64,000 bases of DNA from Oscillospiraceae bacterium. GTDB lineage: Bacteria > Bacillota > Clostridia > Oscillospirales > CAG-382. How positions within the stretch are numbered: the stretch's first letter is position 1; every line of letters begins with the position of its first letter. Below the pieces are notes generated by a model, which did no database searches, had not been told where the DNA came from, and saw nothing but the letters and a program-made list of their open reading frames with translations. A program made the translations under genes and the position numbers. Positions 45,601-54,510 of the stretch are shown one piece after another. The stretch is taken from the NCBI GenBank assembly GCA_015064895.1, contig SVRI01000012.1, positions 1,146 through 65,145 of the forward strand. The letters are read 5' to 3'.

Positions 45601-47589
45601 ATGCAGTACGTTATCCCCGAAAGAAAATCGGATTTTCAGCAGCATAAGATTTCTGACATATATAAGCTTTTGTATGAATATAAATCCTGCGTTGTTGCAT
45701 TAAGACAAAGCGGAAACAATGTAAATGACGGTGAAGACAGCCTCAAGCTTGCAAAGGTATCCGAAAAGGCGGCATATATTGTCGGTGAAATAAGCTGTGC
45801 TTCAAGCGACAGAAAAAAACTTCTTTCCAATGTTTTCAGACTTATTTCGGTAATACCTGTAGACGCCGCTCTGGCAAGAAAGATAACGGTAGTAAGAGCA
45901 AGACTTGCTGAGCTTTATTCCGGAGAAAACAGCGTAACAAGCTTCCTGTCTGCTTCTATGGGTATAGATTTCAATAATCTTACCTTTGAAAACGGTATTC
46001 TCAGCTTTGACGGTATTGGAAAGTACCTTGAAGAAATCGAAAAGAAACTTGAACTTACCGAACTTTGGCTCATGTGGCTTAAAAAGGCAAATGAGGCAAG
46101 AGATTTTGTTCCTGGTTTTGTAAAATATCTTGAAGAATACGGTGCAGGCAAGAATGTTGACAGAATATTTGCCAAGAGCCTTCTTTCTCCCGTTGCGGAA
46201 TGTGTCAGAAACGCAAGCTTTGACGGTTTTTCGACAGAAAAACTCGGAAAGGCAAAGGATAAATATATTTCTCTTCTTAAGAAGGCATGTGAAACGTCAT
46301 ATAATAATACCTTTGAGGCTTATAAGAAGTCTGTAAAGCATATGGCTGAAACCAATGTGGTAAAGGCTGAGGATTTTGCCAATGTTTCCTTCAAGGATTT
46401 GATGTCCGGTAATGCAGGACTTGTTCAGAAGGTTCTTCCTGTTGTTATAGTTACAAAGAATGTGCTTTCTGAGGTTATGCCCTTTGAAGCAAAGTTCGAT
46501 ACTGTATGTATAATTGACAATAAGGATAACGGCTTTTCAATGCTCCCATCCCTTGCTTACGGTACAAAGGGTGTTGTCTTTAATATGTCAAGAACCGAAA
46601 GAAGCAGCCTTTGCGAAAGATTTGCAAAGCATGTGCCTTGCTATGATGTTTGTACTATTACCGATAATAAAGATGCCTGCCTTTTTGCATGGCTCAATGA
46701 ACTTGTTTTTGACAGTGACTGCATGGCCCCGGGCTTTAATGAAAAGAGCAATGTAGAGCTTGTTAGGATGAATGGCTCGTATGAACGGACAATCGGAAGG
46801 ACAAATAAGACCGAGGCTGAACTTGCTATAGTCAAGGCAACGGGTCTTTTGCAGGATGAAACAAAGAATGTTGTTATTACTGCATTTACAAAGGAACAGT
46901 GCACATCAATTGAAAAGCTTGTTTATATACTCAGTAAAAAGAACAAAATTCTTGATAAGGCAAGAGGCGAAGGCAGAGTATCGGTATGTACGCCTGACAG
47001 ACTCTATATGAAAAAGTATAATTGCCTTGTTGTATGTACATGCTTTGGTGCCGATAAGGACGGAAGAATCGGCTGGGATTTCGGTTACGGCTCTGTAAAC
47101 GGAAATCAAACAATTCCCGAAGCATATATAAGCATTGCTGACAGACTTACTGAAAAGACATATATTCTTTCAAGCCTTAATGTCAAGGATGCAAGATTCA
47201 TGAGACGTACAGGCAATAATACATCTGTGTTCAACAGCTTTTGTGAAATACTTGCCGACGGAAGGATTCCTCTGTGCATTGACCGTACAGAGCAAGTTAA
47301 AGAAGACAGCATTCTTTGCGATATTATTGCATGTATCGAACCCGGCAAATCCAGAGGCATGCTGTGTGAAGGCAAACACCCGATGAAGTTTGCACTTCGC
47401 GGTATACAGGATAATGATTTGTACATTCTTTGTGATAATGACATGGGTGTTTGTATGCATGACGAATTACTTATCAAGGAATACCTTGAAAGTGAAGGTA
47501 AGACGGTTACAACTCTTACACCAATGTCACTTGTAGGAGAAAAACTCTCTGAAACAATAAAGAGTCTTGTAGCCAAAACCGATAAATAA
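42634..47589 (+). CDS. 1651-aa cytoplasmic DUF4011 / SF1 (Upf1-DNA2-like) helicase-like protein with degenerate ATPase motifs
   Basis: No signal peptide. DUF4011-like core YFAFGYVKITDKL...FAPICLVRANLEYENGNFYVNQIGNPIVNKVF. The helicase layout is conserved but motif I reads PLYSQAMKAV...VVEGAFTAEKE (expected GPPGTGK[ST]). Motif II reads FDTVCIIDNKDN (expected DEASQ). Motif V-like is VVITAFTKEQ...VSVCTPDRLYMKKYNCLVVCT. The tail is nuclease-fold-like (LYILCDND...). Confidence 0.75.
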   Translation: MNNGLKPSKVTVNIETMPYFSASIADMRISPVIRLVLGTPEAAKSGRLEISIVGKCRDVEFIRRADFVKENFNTESYNLKNTLSCNIDFDFDSFEYDNAFLNSLEEETMAEIYVLVNYCGTEYVTKSHISLLPADTWLGLDGEPSVIASFVKEDETVCGICDSLCEDEKISYSVNSKKTITAAIKELYKRLKNCNIIYTRPVGYAANVKQQIRSADVIFGGSSVLATPLEIATVFSSCARKIGFDTSLLFVRGKKGEISVLCGIYLVKSPVNVPVYEDAERIKAMLDAGDMLVVDPSVFAAAQNTSLVMALEQAAEYFTKNLSSLVCMVDIECAKRSTGEAAYDELASLPVKNAMARVYSSLVSAPVMQVLSGKKREEIEEIPLLLADFDSVFRNNNDRFKLLPLDFNVDLTDFAAIDKDFSSILTMSSPKAGQHFSQNELVRIRERFSRLKEKITRDGEITTSYSEETLYRYASAMTFGKNKREPYFAFGYVKITDKLTESVSFAPICLVRANLEYENGNFYVNQIGNPIVNKVFIRNALKDSALGYDSFMKSLMPTDKTEIFDMFENIRVALMETDDRHVYEIVREAHIVNLEIDDYVLWSNLALLRKKMSGSENVSRVFEDKFAQDEQLDLSYSPSMPLYSQAMKAVVNETSMVVEGAFTAEKENVLVAQAAKNIFAGKSTLVVTDDMEMSEYVYGLLCEKNFSDVAFVLDESGKAEGAVKKIADNIEKYNKEEDNGIAFVNPELLEANKVLLDYTDRINRKHSMGMSLKEAEIAYLSASAGTVENDDIPIDKKIFEYADESKLDNIFERVGELITIAGNLCKKSGLPTHTPLKNHPLFNTNPRDDIDEEVKAQIRTAIENTLPVLSEYRDVFLDVNEILGFDERDLDSFYKLEKLNDLYKLVLTARDIDIPEKFVESDIADFSKSKRFETENKKRMEAIEFKLNFFSHEIFEDVETLLRGDVYDEEEEKGFLKKFMLKKNSHETLMQYVIPERKSDFQQHKISDIYKLLYEYKSCVVALRQSGNNVNDGEDSLKLAKVSEKAAYIVGEISCASSDRKKLLSNVFRLISVIPVDAALARKITVVRARLAELYSGENSVTSFLSASMGIDFNNLTFENGILSFDGIGKYLEEIEKKLELTELWLMWLKKANEARDFVPGFVKYLEEYGAGKNVDRIFAKSLLSPVAECVRNASFDGFSTEKLGKAKDKYISLLKKACETSYNNTFEAYKKSVKHMAETNVVKAEDFANVSFKDLMSGNAGLVQKVLPVVIVTKNVLSEVMPFEAKFDTVCIIDNKDNGFSMLPSLAYGTKGVVFNMSRTERSSLCERFAKHVPCYDVCTITDNKDACLFAWLNELVFDSDCMAPGFNEKSNVELVRMNGSYERTIGRTNKTEAELAIVKATGLLQDETKNVVITAFTKEQCTSIEKLVYILSKKNKILDKARGEGRVSVCTPDRLYMKKYNCLVVCTCFGADKDGRIGWDFGYGSVNGNQTIPEAYISIADRLTEKTYILSSLNVKDARFMRRTGNNTSVFNSFCEILADGRIPLCIDRTEQVKEDSILCDIIACIEPGKSRGMLCEGKHPMKFALRGIQDNDLYILCDNDMGVCMHDELLIKEYLESEGKTVTTLTPMSLVGEKLSETIKSLVAKTDK

Positions 47590-47609
47590 CAGTGGGAGGA
47601 AATGGCGTT

Positions 47610-48632
47610 ATGCCGACATTTTCCAAAAATTATATAGGTATAGATTTGGGTACTGCAAACACACTTGTGTGTACACCCGAAAAAGGCATAATTATAAGAG
47701 AACCGTCATATGTGGCATATGATATACGAACCGAGGAAATAATAGCTATTGGCAGCGGGGCAAAAAACCTTGTTGGCAAGACCCCTAATAATATATCGGT
47801 TGTCAGACCTCTTCGTGACGGGGTTATATCCGATTTTGAGCTTACCCTTGCCATGCTCAGCTATTTTGTGCGTCAGGCAATGAATAAGCTTTTGTTTGCA
47901 CGGCCCAAGGTTGTTGTGTGTATTCCTTACGGTGTATCTCAGGTTGAACACAGTGCACTCGAAAATGCACTTTTTGAAGTGGGCGTATCGAGTGTTGCAC
48001 TTGTTGAAGAACCGGTTGCTGCAGCAATCGGAGCAGGCCTTGCTTTTAAAAATCCGGTAGGAAATATGATTGTTGATATTGGCGGGGGTACAACCGAGGT
48101 TGCGGTGGTAACAGCGGGTGGAGTTGCCGTGTCGAAATCTCTGAGAGTTGCAGGGGATGAACTCAATGAAGCAATCGTTGAGTATATCAGAAAGAAATTC
48201 AATGTGGTTGTCGGTGAGATAACTGCTGAGGATATAAAAAAAGAAATAGGCTCTGCACATAAGAGCTCAGATGTGGGAATGCTTGAGGTAAGAGGCAGAA
48301 ATCTTATAACGGGACTTCCGTCGGTATTCAATATATATTCGTCTGAAATCAGAGTTGCAATGAAGCCGGTGCTTAACCAGATTGTAGAGGTTATCAAATC
48401 AACACTTGAGATAACACCTCCCGAACTTTGTGCAGATATACATACAGGTGGCATTACAATCTCGGGCGGAGGAGCACTTCTTTCGGGTATGAGTACCCTC
48501 ATAAGTGAAAACACTAAACTGGAGGTTTATATTGCAAGACGGCCTCTTGACTGTGTTATTGACGGTATTCATAAAATTATGACAAAGGAAGGCTATGAGT
48601 CTGTTTTGTCGGTTGCAAATCATAAAAAGTGA
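47610..48632 (+). CDS. mreB: MreB/Mbl-family actin-like protein
   Basis: IGIDLGTANTLV, RPLRDGVISDF, EEPVAAAIGAGL, IVDIGGGTTEVAV and ISGGGALLSGM are all present. The ATG at 47610 lies 9 nt after GGGAGGA and 20 nt after the stop of the upstream 1651-aa gene. No mreC or mreD in the window. Confidence 0.9.
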   Translation: MPTFSKNYIGIDLGTANTLVCTPEKGIIIREPSYVAYDIRTEEIIAIGSGAKNLVGKTPNNISVVRPLRDGVISDFELTLAMLSYFVRQAMNKLLFARPKVVVCIPYGVSQVEHSALENALFEVGVSSVALVEEPVAAAIGAGLAFKNPVGNMIVDIGGGTTEVAVVTAGGVAVSKSLRVAGDELNEAIVEYIRKKFNVVVGEITAEDIKKEIGSAHKSSDVGMLEVRGRNLITGLPSVFNIYSSEIRVAMKPVLNQIVEVIKSTLEITPPELCADIHTGGITISGGGALLSGMSTLISENTKLEVYIARRPLDCVIDGIHKIMTKEGYESVLSVANHKK

Positions 48633-48669
48633 TTAATAATAATTTATATAAAATGCGAGGTAAAAGGAA

Positions 48670-50331
48670 ATGAAAGAAACACTTACATCACTTACATTCA
48701 AAAACGGTGATAATGAAGCAAAAAAGAGACCCGTTTTCTGTATCGTAATGGACGGTATCGGTCTTGGCAAGGATAATATATCCAATGCAATTAAAAATTC
48801 AAGAACACCTACTCTTGATATGCTTATGTCAAAGTACCCCACACTTAAGCTCAAGGCTCACGGTACAGCGGTAGGTCTTCCTTCCGATGATGACATGGGA
48901 AACAGTGAAGTCGGTCATAACGCAATCGGTGCCGGTCAGGTTTTTGCACAGGGCGCAAAGCTTGTTTCAAACTCTATTGAATCAGGACTTATGTTTAATT
49001 CAAATTCCTGGAAGGAAATCGCTTCCGTTAAAGATACAGGTAAGACACTTCACTTTATCGGTCTTTTCTCTGACGGTAATGTTCACTCTCATATCGATCA
49101 CCTTAAGGCAATGCTCAGTCAGGCTAAGGTTGAAGGTATCAAGAATGTAAGAGTTCATATCCTCATCGACGGCAGAGATGTTGGCGAAACATCAGCTCTT
49201 GAATATATCAATCCCTTTGAAGAATTCCTTGCATCTCTTAACGGCGACGGCTTCGAAGCTAAAATTGCATCCGGCGGCGGCAGAATGAATATTACAATGG
49301 ACAGATACGAAGCTGACTGGTCCATGGTAGAACGCGGCTGGAAGACACACGTACTCGGTGAAGGCAGACAGTTCTCGTCTGCAAAGGAAGCTGTTGAAAC
49401 TTATAGAAGCGAACTCGGCTGTATCGACCAGGATCTTCCTCCTTTTGTTATTGCTGAAAACGGTACACCCGTCGGCACAATTGAAGACGGCGACAGCGTA
49501 GTATTCTATAACTTCAGAGGCGACAGAGCTATTGAAATTTCCAAGGCATTTGACGATAAGGACTTCGACAAGTTCGACAGAGTCAGAGTTCCTGCTGTTA
49601 CCTATGCAGGCATGCTCGAATATGACGGCGACCTTCACATTCCTTCAAGATACCTCGTATCTCCTCCCGAAATCAAGGGTACAATGGGTGAATACCTTGC
49701 AAATACAGGCGTTACACAGTATGCCCTCAGTGAAACACAGAAGTTCGGTCATGTAACATACTTCTGGAACGGTAACAAGAGCGGTAAGTTTGATGAAAAT
49801 ACAGAAACTTACGAAGAAATTAAGTCTGACGTAATTCCCTTCGAACAGAGACCCTGGATGAAGTGTGCTGAAATTACAGACAGACTTATTGAAGTAGCAA
49901 ATGAGGGCAAGTACAGATTTATGCGTGTAAACTTCCCCAACGGCGACATGGTCGGTCATACAGGTAACTACCTTGCAACAGTTGTTTCTGTTGAAGCACT
50001 CGACCTTCAGCTTGCAAGAATTTTGGAGGTTGTAGATAAGCTCGGCGGTGTAGCACTCATTACAGCCGACCACGGTAACGCAGATGAAATGTGCGAAATT
50101 GATAAGAAGACAGGAGAACCCAAGCTTGATAAAGAGGGCAATATGAAGTCCAAGACAAGCCATACATTAAATCCCGTTCCCTGTATTATCTACGATAATA
50201 AGTTTGCCGATAACTATAAGGTTATCGAAAAAGATACCTACGGTCTTTCCAATATCGCAGCAACTCTTGTTAATCTTATGGGTTACAAGGCTCCCGAAAT
50301 TTGGGATGAAAGTATGATTGAAGTCCTCTAA
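48670..50331 (+). CDS. gpmI: 2,3-bisphosphoglycerate-independent phosphoglycerate mutase
   Basis: [22 protein letters not shown] (catalytic Ser), TADHGNAD and other iPGM metal-site motifs. 553 aa. Confidence 0.9.
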   Translation: MKETLTSLTFKNGDNEAKKRPVFCIVMDGIGLGKDNISNAIKNSRTPTLDMLMSKYPTLKLKAHGTAVGLPSDDDMGNSEVGHNAIGAGQVFAQGAKLVSNSIESGLMFNSNSWKEIASVKDTGKTLHFIGLFSDGNVHSHIDHLKAMLSQAKVEGIKNVRVHILIDGRDVGETSALEYINPFEEFLASLNGDGFEAKIASGGGRMNITMDRYEADWSMVERGWKTHVLGEGRQFSSAKEAVETYRSELGCIDQDLPPFVIAENGTPVGTIEDGDSVVFYNFRGDRAIEISKAFDDKDFDKFDRVRVPAVTYAGMLEYDGDLHIPSRYLVSPPEIKGTMGEYLANTGVTQYALSETQKFGHVTYFWNGNKSGKFDENTETYEEIKSDVIPFEQRPWMKCAEITDRLIEVANEGKYRFMRVNFPNGDMVGHTGNYLATVVSVEALDLQLARILEVVDKLGGVALITADHGNADEMCEIDKKTGEPKLDKEGNMKSKTSHTLNPVPCIIYDNKFADNYKVIEKDTYGLSNIAATLVNLMGYKAPEIWDESMIEVL

Positions 50332-50352
50332 TTTATATAAAGGATGTGTAGT

Positions 50353-52026
50353 ATGAAAAACATTATTAAGTTTTTTGCAGTTTCAATATTATTGTTTTCT
50401 CTTTCTGTAGTGGCTTTGGCTCTTCCGAGTGCCGTTGTTACTACAGACACGGCAGAAGAAATTGTTGCAAATGAAGGTTTTAACGCAAATCTTTCTGCAG
50501 ACGGAACAGAGCAGTCGCCCTATGTAATTAGTTCGGCAATTGATTTTAACAATTTTGCAGGACTAATTAAAAGCAATAATGCCGTATACGGGACGAAGTA
50601 TTATAAACTGACAAATAATATTGACTTCAAGGGCTACAGCCTTATACCTTTCGGAACAATGAACAGCCCCTTCAAGGGAACTCTTGACGGTAACGGATTT
50701 GCCTTGTTGAATACCCCCATTGCCGACACTGAGTATTCGGGTGTTATAGGTTATATTACTCAGGGTGCTGTTAAAAATCTTCGTGTATCCTATGCTGACA
50801 CACAGAATCTCTCTAAGTTTTCAAAGCTTAAGTATTTTGGCGGTATAGTCGGTTACGGTAAGGTTGCATCTTCAAAGACAGTTGATATTATCGGCTGTGA
50901 AACCGAGGGAAATATATCTGTTAATACTTCGCAGGCTGCTTACTTTGGCGGCATTGTGGGTTATTTGAAATGTGAAAGCGGAAACGGCTATATAAATGAC
51001 TGTGTTTCCAATATGCCTCTGAACATTACGGCAGACGGAAACGGATATGTTGGAGGTTTTGGCGGATATCTGTATTCCGGCTCAAATAAAGACTGCTATG
51101 TGACAAACTGTGTCAGCTTTGGTGATGTGTTTTTTGAGACAACGCTGAACGAAGCGACTGTTGGCGGTTTTGCGGCATATACCAATAAAGACGAGCCTGG
51201 TTGGTCAGGTTGGGCTGGAGAGGATGCTGAGCTTGCGGCATCATACAGCAATTTCCAGAATTGTGTTTCAATAGGCAGCGTCAGCGGTAAAGCCAAAAAC
51301 GAGGCAGATGGCGGCGGATTTATCGGATATGCGGATGGCGATGGAACTCTGAGTGTTGTCGGCTGCTATAATAATAACGATTGTTCTGTCAGTCTTCAGG
51401 CAACGTCTGTCAATAATACAGAGATCGGAGAAGTAAAAACAACCGAAAAAGAAAACCTTCTCAAAAAAGAGTTTTATCAAAATCTTTCTTTTGACTTTGA
51501 TAACAGCTGGTACTTTTCCTCGTCGGGACTTGGACTCAGAGGTGTGGCAAAGTCCCACGGTGCAGGTGAAACCCATAGCGAAAAGGACGTAAGACTTAAT
51601 TCCAACCCTGGTCTTCGTTTCCGTGCAACAATTGAAGTTTTAAAGCGTGACTACTGCTTCGAATACGGTTTTATTATTGCAAAGAAAGACGAGCTTGGTA
51701 CACAGGAACTGACTTTTGATTATACAGGTAGAAAAGTTTCCGGTGTTGCTTTTGACAGTACAACAGATAAGTTTGTTGACAAGGATGACACAACCCTTGT
51801 TATTTCGGGTGTTGTCACTAATATTCCCGAGGAACACTATGACGAAGTGCTTGTTGCACGTACATACGTTAAATTTATAAGCGGCGGCGAAACTGTAATT
51901 GTTTACAGCGATCCGCAGACCTCAAGTATCAATCTTTCGGCACAGACCGTAAGAGACAGCGAAAGCTATGAATATCTTACCGATGAGCAGAAGGAAATAC
52001 TTGAATCAATGCTTCCCGAAGCATAA
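50353..52026 (+). CDS. secreted GLUG-motif protein E (557 aa) with the shared C-terminal module
   Basis: Signal peptide ending VVALA, then the LPSAVVTTDTAEE motif. Module opener QSPYVISSAIDFNNFA...YYKLTNNIDF...FKGTLDGNGFAL. Repeated GG[IF][VGA]GY GLUG motifs. The tail GLRFRATIE...EYGFIIAKK...ARTYVKF...VYSDP is homologous to the tails of A, B and D. It starts 21 nt after the gpmI stop. Confidence 0.85.
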   Translation: MKNIIKFFAVSILLFSLSVVALALPSAVVTTDTAEEIVANEGFNANLSADGTEQSPYVISSAIDFNNFAGLIKSNNAVYGTKYYKLTNNIDFKGYSLIPFGTMNSPFKGTLDGNGFALLNTPIADTEYSGVIGYITQGAVKNLRVSYADTQNLSKFSKLKYFGGIVGYGKVASSKTVDIIGCETEGNISVNTSQAAYFGGIVGYLKCESGNGYINDCVSNMPLNITADGNGYVGGFGGYLYSGSNKDCYVTNCVSFGDVFFETTLNEATVGGFAAYTNKDEPGWSGWAGEDAELAASYSNFQNCVSIGSVSGKAKNEADGGGFIGYADGDGTLSVVGCYNNNDCSVSLQATSVNNTEIGEVKTTEKENLLKKEFYQNLSFDFDNSWYFSSSGLGLRGVAKSHGAGETHSEKDVRLNSNPGLRFRATIEVLKRDYCFEYGFIIAKKDELGTQELTFDYTGRKVSGVAFDSTTDKFVDKDDTTLVISGVVTNIPEEHYDEVLVARTYVKFISGGETVIVYSDPQTSSINLSAQTVRDSESYEYLTDEQKEILESMLPEA

Positions 52027-52037
52027 AGGGCATAATC

Positions 52038-52070
52038 AAAACTCCCGCAGATTTCTGCGGGAGTTTTTTG
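52038..52070 (+). terminator. intrinsic terminator
   Basis: AAACTCCCGCAGatttCTGCGGGAGTTT followed by TTTG. It is the first clear terminator after 42516. Confidence 0.8.
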
Positions 52071-52193
52071 TTGTAAAAGGAAGGGCAGTTTACATGCTTT
52101 TTTTTGCGGTTTACTAAACTCTACACACATTCGGTTTACATTTTTTCCATTGTATGTTATACTAAACATGAAAACAACAAAAGGAGAATGCAT

Positions 52194-52598
52194 ATGGCAG
52201 CTAAACAGACAAATAAAACGATGGGTGAAATGATAAGCTTTCTTCGTAAGGAAAAAGGTATGACGCAAAAAGAAATTGCTGATAAGTTATTTATAACTGA
52301 CAAAGCGGTTTCAAAATGGGAAAGGGATATATCATGCCCAGATACTGCTATAATGCCAAAACTTTGTGAGATACTCGGAGTTTCTGCTGAAGTGCTTTTG
52401 AGTTGCAAGTCTTCTCAGATTGAAAAGTGTTTTCAGAAATATTTTGTATTTAAAACCATACTCAAAGCAATTGCATTTTCCTTTGGAATTGTGACAGCAA
52501 TTTTTGGGTTGCTGGGATTGATTCCTGAAAATGTTGGTTTTGCTTTTTTAGGTATAGGACTTGCCTGTATAGGTTTGCTTCTTTTGTTAATGGATTGA
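52194..52598 (+). CDS. membrane-tethered XRE-family HTH regulator
   Basis: HTH_3 pattern MISFLRKEKGMTQKEIADKLFITDKAVSKWERDISCPD, followed by two hydrophobic helices. The ATG at 52194 lies 7 nt after AAGGAG. Confidence 0.8.
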   Translation: MAAKQTNKTMGEMISFLRKEKGMTQKEIADKLFITDKAVSKWERDISCPDTAIMPKLCEILGVSAEVLLSCKSSQIEKCFQKYFVFKTILKAIAFSFGIVTAIFGLLGLIPENVGFAFLGIGLACIGLLLLLMD

Positions 52599-52621
52599 TG
52601 TTTCAGGAAGGGCGTGCTACT

Positions 52622-54016
52622 ATGAGAAAGCGGTTTTGTTATATTACGTTTGCAGTTGTTCTTGTTTTGTTTCTGTTCAGTGCCTGTAAATCGGATGTTG
52701 AAAATGAAAATTCAGATGATTTGAAAATTGATATAGACAACACAAATGAAGAATCGATTAGTTTGGAAATTGATGTGGATAATAACGATGAAAACGCAGA
52801 AGATGTTTACAAAACCAACACAGTTAATAGCTCGGAATTTGTTTTTTCTAAAGATGAAAATACAAGAATAATAACAATTAATTTTTCGGAAGAAATTTTC
52901 GATGACACATATGATTTTGCTCCCATTGTTTCGCAATCTGAATTTGAATATGGTGAATATGTCCCTTTTGTAAGATATGCAGAAGGGGATGGTTATGCAG
53001 AAGCTGGAAGTGCGGGTTCAATGCCTTTTTATTCATATGCTTTTTTGACTGAGGACACTGAGAGCCTGAATGACGGCAAAGAGATACATAAGAAATTAAA
53101 TTCTGAGTTCCTTGTGCAAAACAACCTTTCAGAAGAAGACTTGCCTTGTGTACACCCATTCTTTTTTTCTGAAAACGACAAGGACAGAGCATTGGAATTT
53201 TACAATAACAGTCGTGTGATATATGTTTCGGAAGATGCAAAGACAGTAGGGAATTTTATGTTGATTCCAAATGAAAACAAAGAAGAATCTGTTCTTATTC
53301 CGTTTTCACATTATAAATATCAAATCTACCGCGATGGAAAAAATGTTGAAACTCTAATTAAAGAGACGGGCGAATATTATGAAAGTTATATGGATGGCGG
53401 GATACTGTCAGGTGATAACTGGGGAACACGGTATTCTTATGTTTCGGAAGATTCTCCCGCATACAAAGTAGAAGTGCCATATGCAGAAAGAATTTTTGTG
53501 AATAACAACAGTAATGCGGTTATGTTTGCGGATAGTGAGCATTTTAATGGTGGAAAACTGTATATTTGTTCTCCCGACGAAAAACGTATGGTTTATGAAA
53601 TCACAATGCCTACGATGGCTGGCAGCGTAGCAGAAGGTCATTATAAGGTTGAGCAATTGATTGATTCACGATTCTTACTAATAAGTTTAATGCGCGAATT
53701 TCCGGTCAATGGGCGTCCGCATAAAGCAAATTATCTTTCGATTTTATACGATCTTGAAAACGGAACGTATGAGATTTTGGAAGACTGTGTTTCAAATCCC
53801 GTAATTTCGCCTGATGGTAAGTATATGGCATTTATAAGAACAATTGCTAACAAAGAGGGCTTTGGATATTCCACTTTGGGATTCTTTATAAAAAACCTTG
53901 AGACCCAAAAATATTTATATTACGATTATGCAAATACCTATGGGGCAGACTATCTGAAATGCGGTATAGTAGGCTGGGTGTCGGAAGAAGGGCTTTTTAA
54001 ATTGATTGGAGAGTAA
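52622..54016 (+). CDS. hypothetical lipoprotein with a PD40/TolB-like repeat near the C-terminus
   Basis: Signal plus lipobox LFLFSAC, an acidic N-terminal linker, and NPVISPDGKYMAFIR (PD40-like). Confidence 0.6.
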   Translation: MRKRFCYITFAVVLVLFLFSACKSDVENENSDDLKIDIDNTNEESISLEIDVDNNDENAEDVYKTNTVNSSEFVFSKDENTRIITINFSEEIFDDTYDFAPIVSQSEFEYGEYVPFVRYAEGDGYAEAGSAGSMPFYSYAFLTEDTESLNDGKEIHKKLNSEFLVQNNLSEEDLPCVHPFFFSENDKDRALEFYNNSRVIYVSEDAKTVGNFMLIPNENKEESVLIPFSHYKYQIYRDGKNVETLIKETGEYYESYMDGGILSGDNWGTRYSYVSEDSPAYKVEVPYAERIFVNNNSNAVMFADSEHFNGGKLYICSPDEKRMVYEITMPTMAGSVAEGHYKVEQLIDSRFLLISLMREFPVNGRPHKANYLSILYDLENGTYEILEDCVSNPVISPDGKYMAFIRTIANKEGFGYSTLGFFIKNLETQKYLYYDYANTYGADYLKCGIVGWVSEEGLFKLIGE

Positions 54017-54027
54017 ATTTATATAAT

Positions 54028-54489
54028 ATGAAAAGATACTGGATACATTTTTTGATTTCAATTTCAATTATATTTTTGTTTTGTTCTTGCGGCGTCACAT
54101 TTGATGGGTATAGAAGCAATTTAGATGAAGAACGAAAAGCTTCCGGGTACTATGATGAATACAATTACTTATTTACTGTGCAAAAGGATGATTATATTGT
54201 TGATTTTGTTGTTTATGATGAGCATTATAGTATAATAACTATTTATACCAGAGGCGAAAATAACAAACAGTATAATGTGAGATCTTGTTCAACCGGTTCC
54301 ATTTCAGCCAGCCTATACTATACAAATGAATTAGATAAATATTATTGGGTTGAACATTGGAATATGCCTTTTAAAAAAAGCATTTTAATAGTCAGTAAAT
54401 CATATAATGATTCACATGAAAAGCTGAATGGTTTTGAATTTGAATATCGCGGCGAACCACATTTATTGTGTTATAAATTCGGTGATTAA
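54028..54489 (+). CDS. small hypothetical lipoprotein
   Basis: 153 aa. Signal peptide with FLFCSCG, Tyr/Asn-rich. No motif recognised. Confidence 0.5.
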   Translation: MKRYWIHFLISISIIFLFCSCGVTFDGYRSNLDEERKASGYYDEYNYLFTVQKDDYIVDFVVYDEHYSIITIYTRGENNKQYNVRSCSTGSISASLYYTNELDKYYWVEHWNMPFKKSILIVSKSYNDSHEKLNGFEFEYRGEPHLLCYKFGD

Positions 54490-54510
54490 GTATTGATAAG
54501 GAGAACAAAA

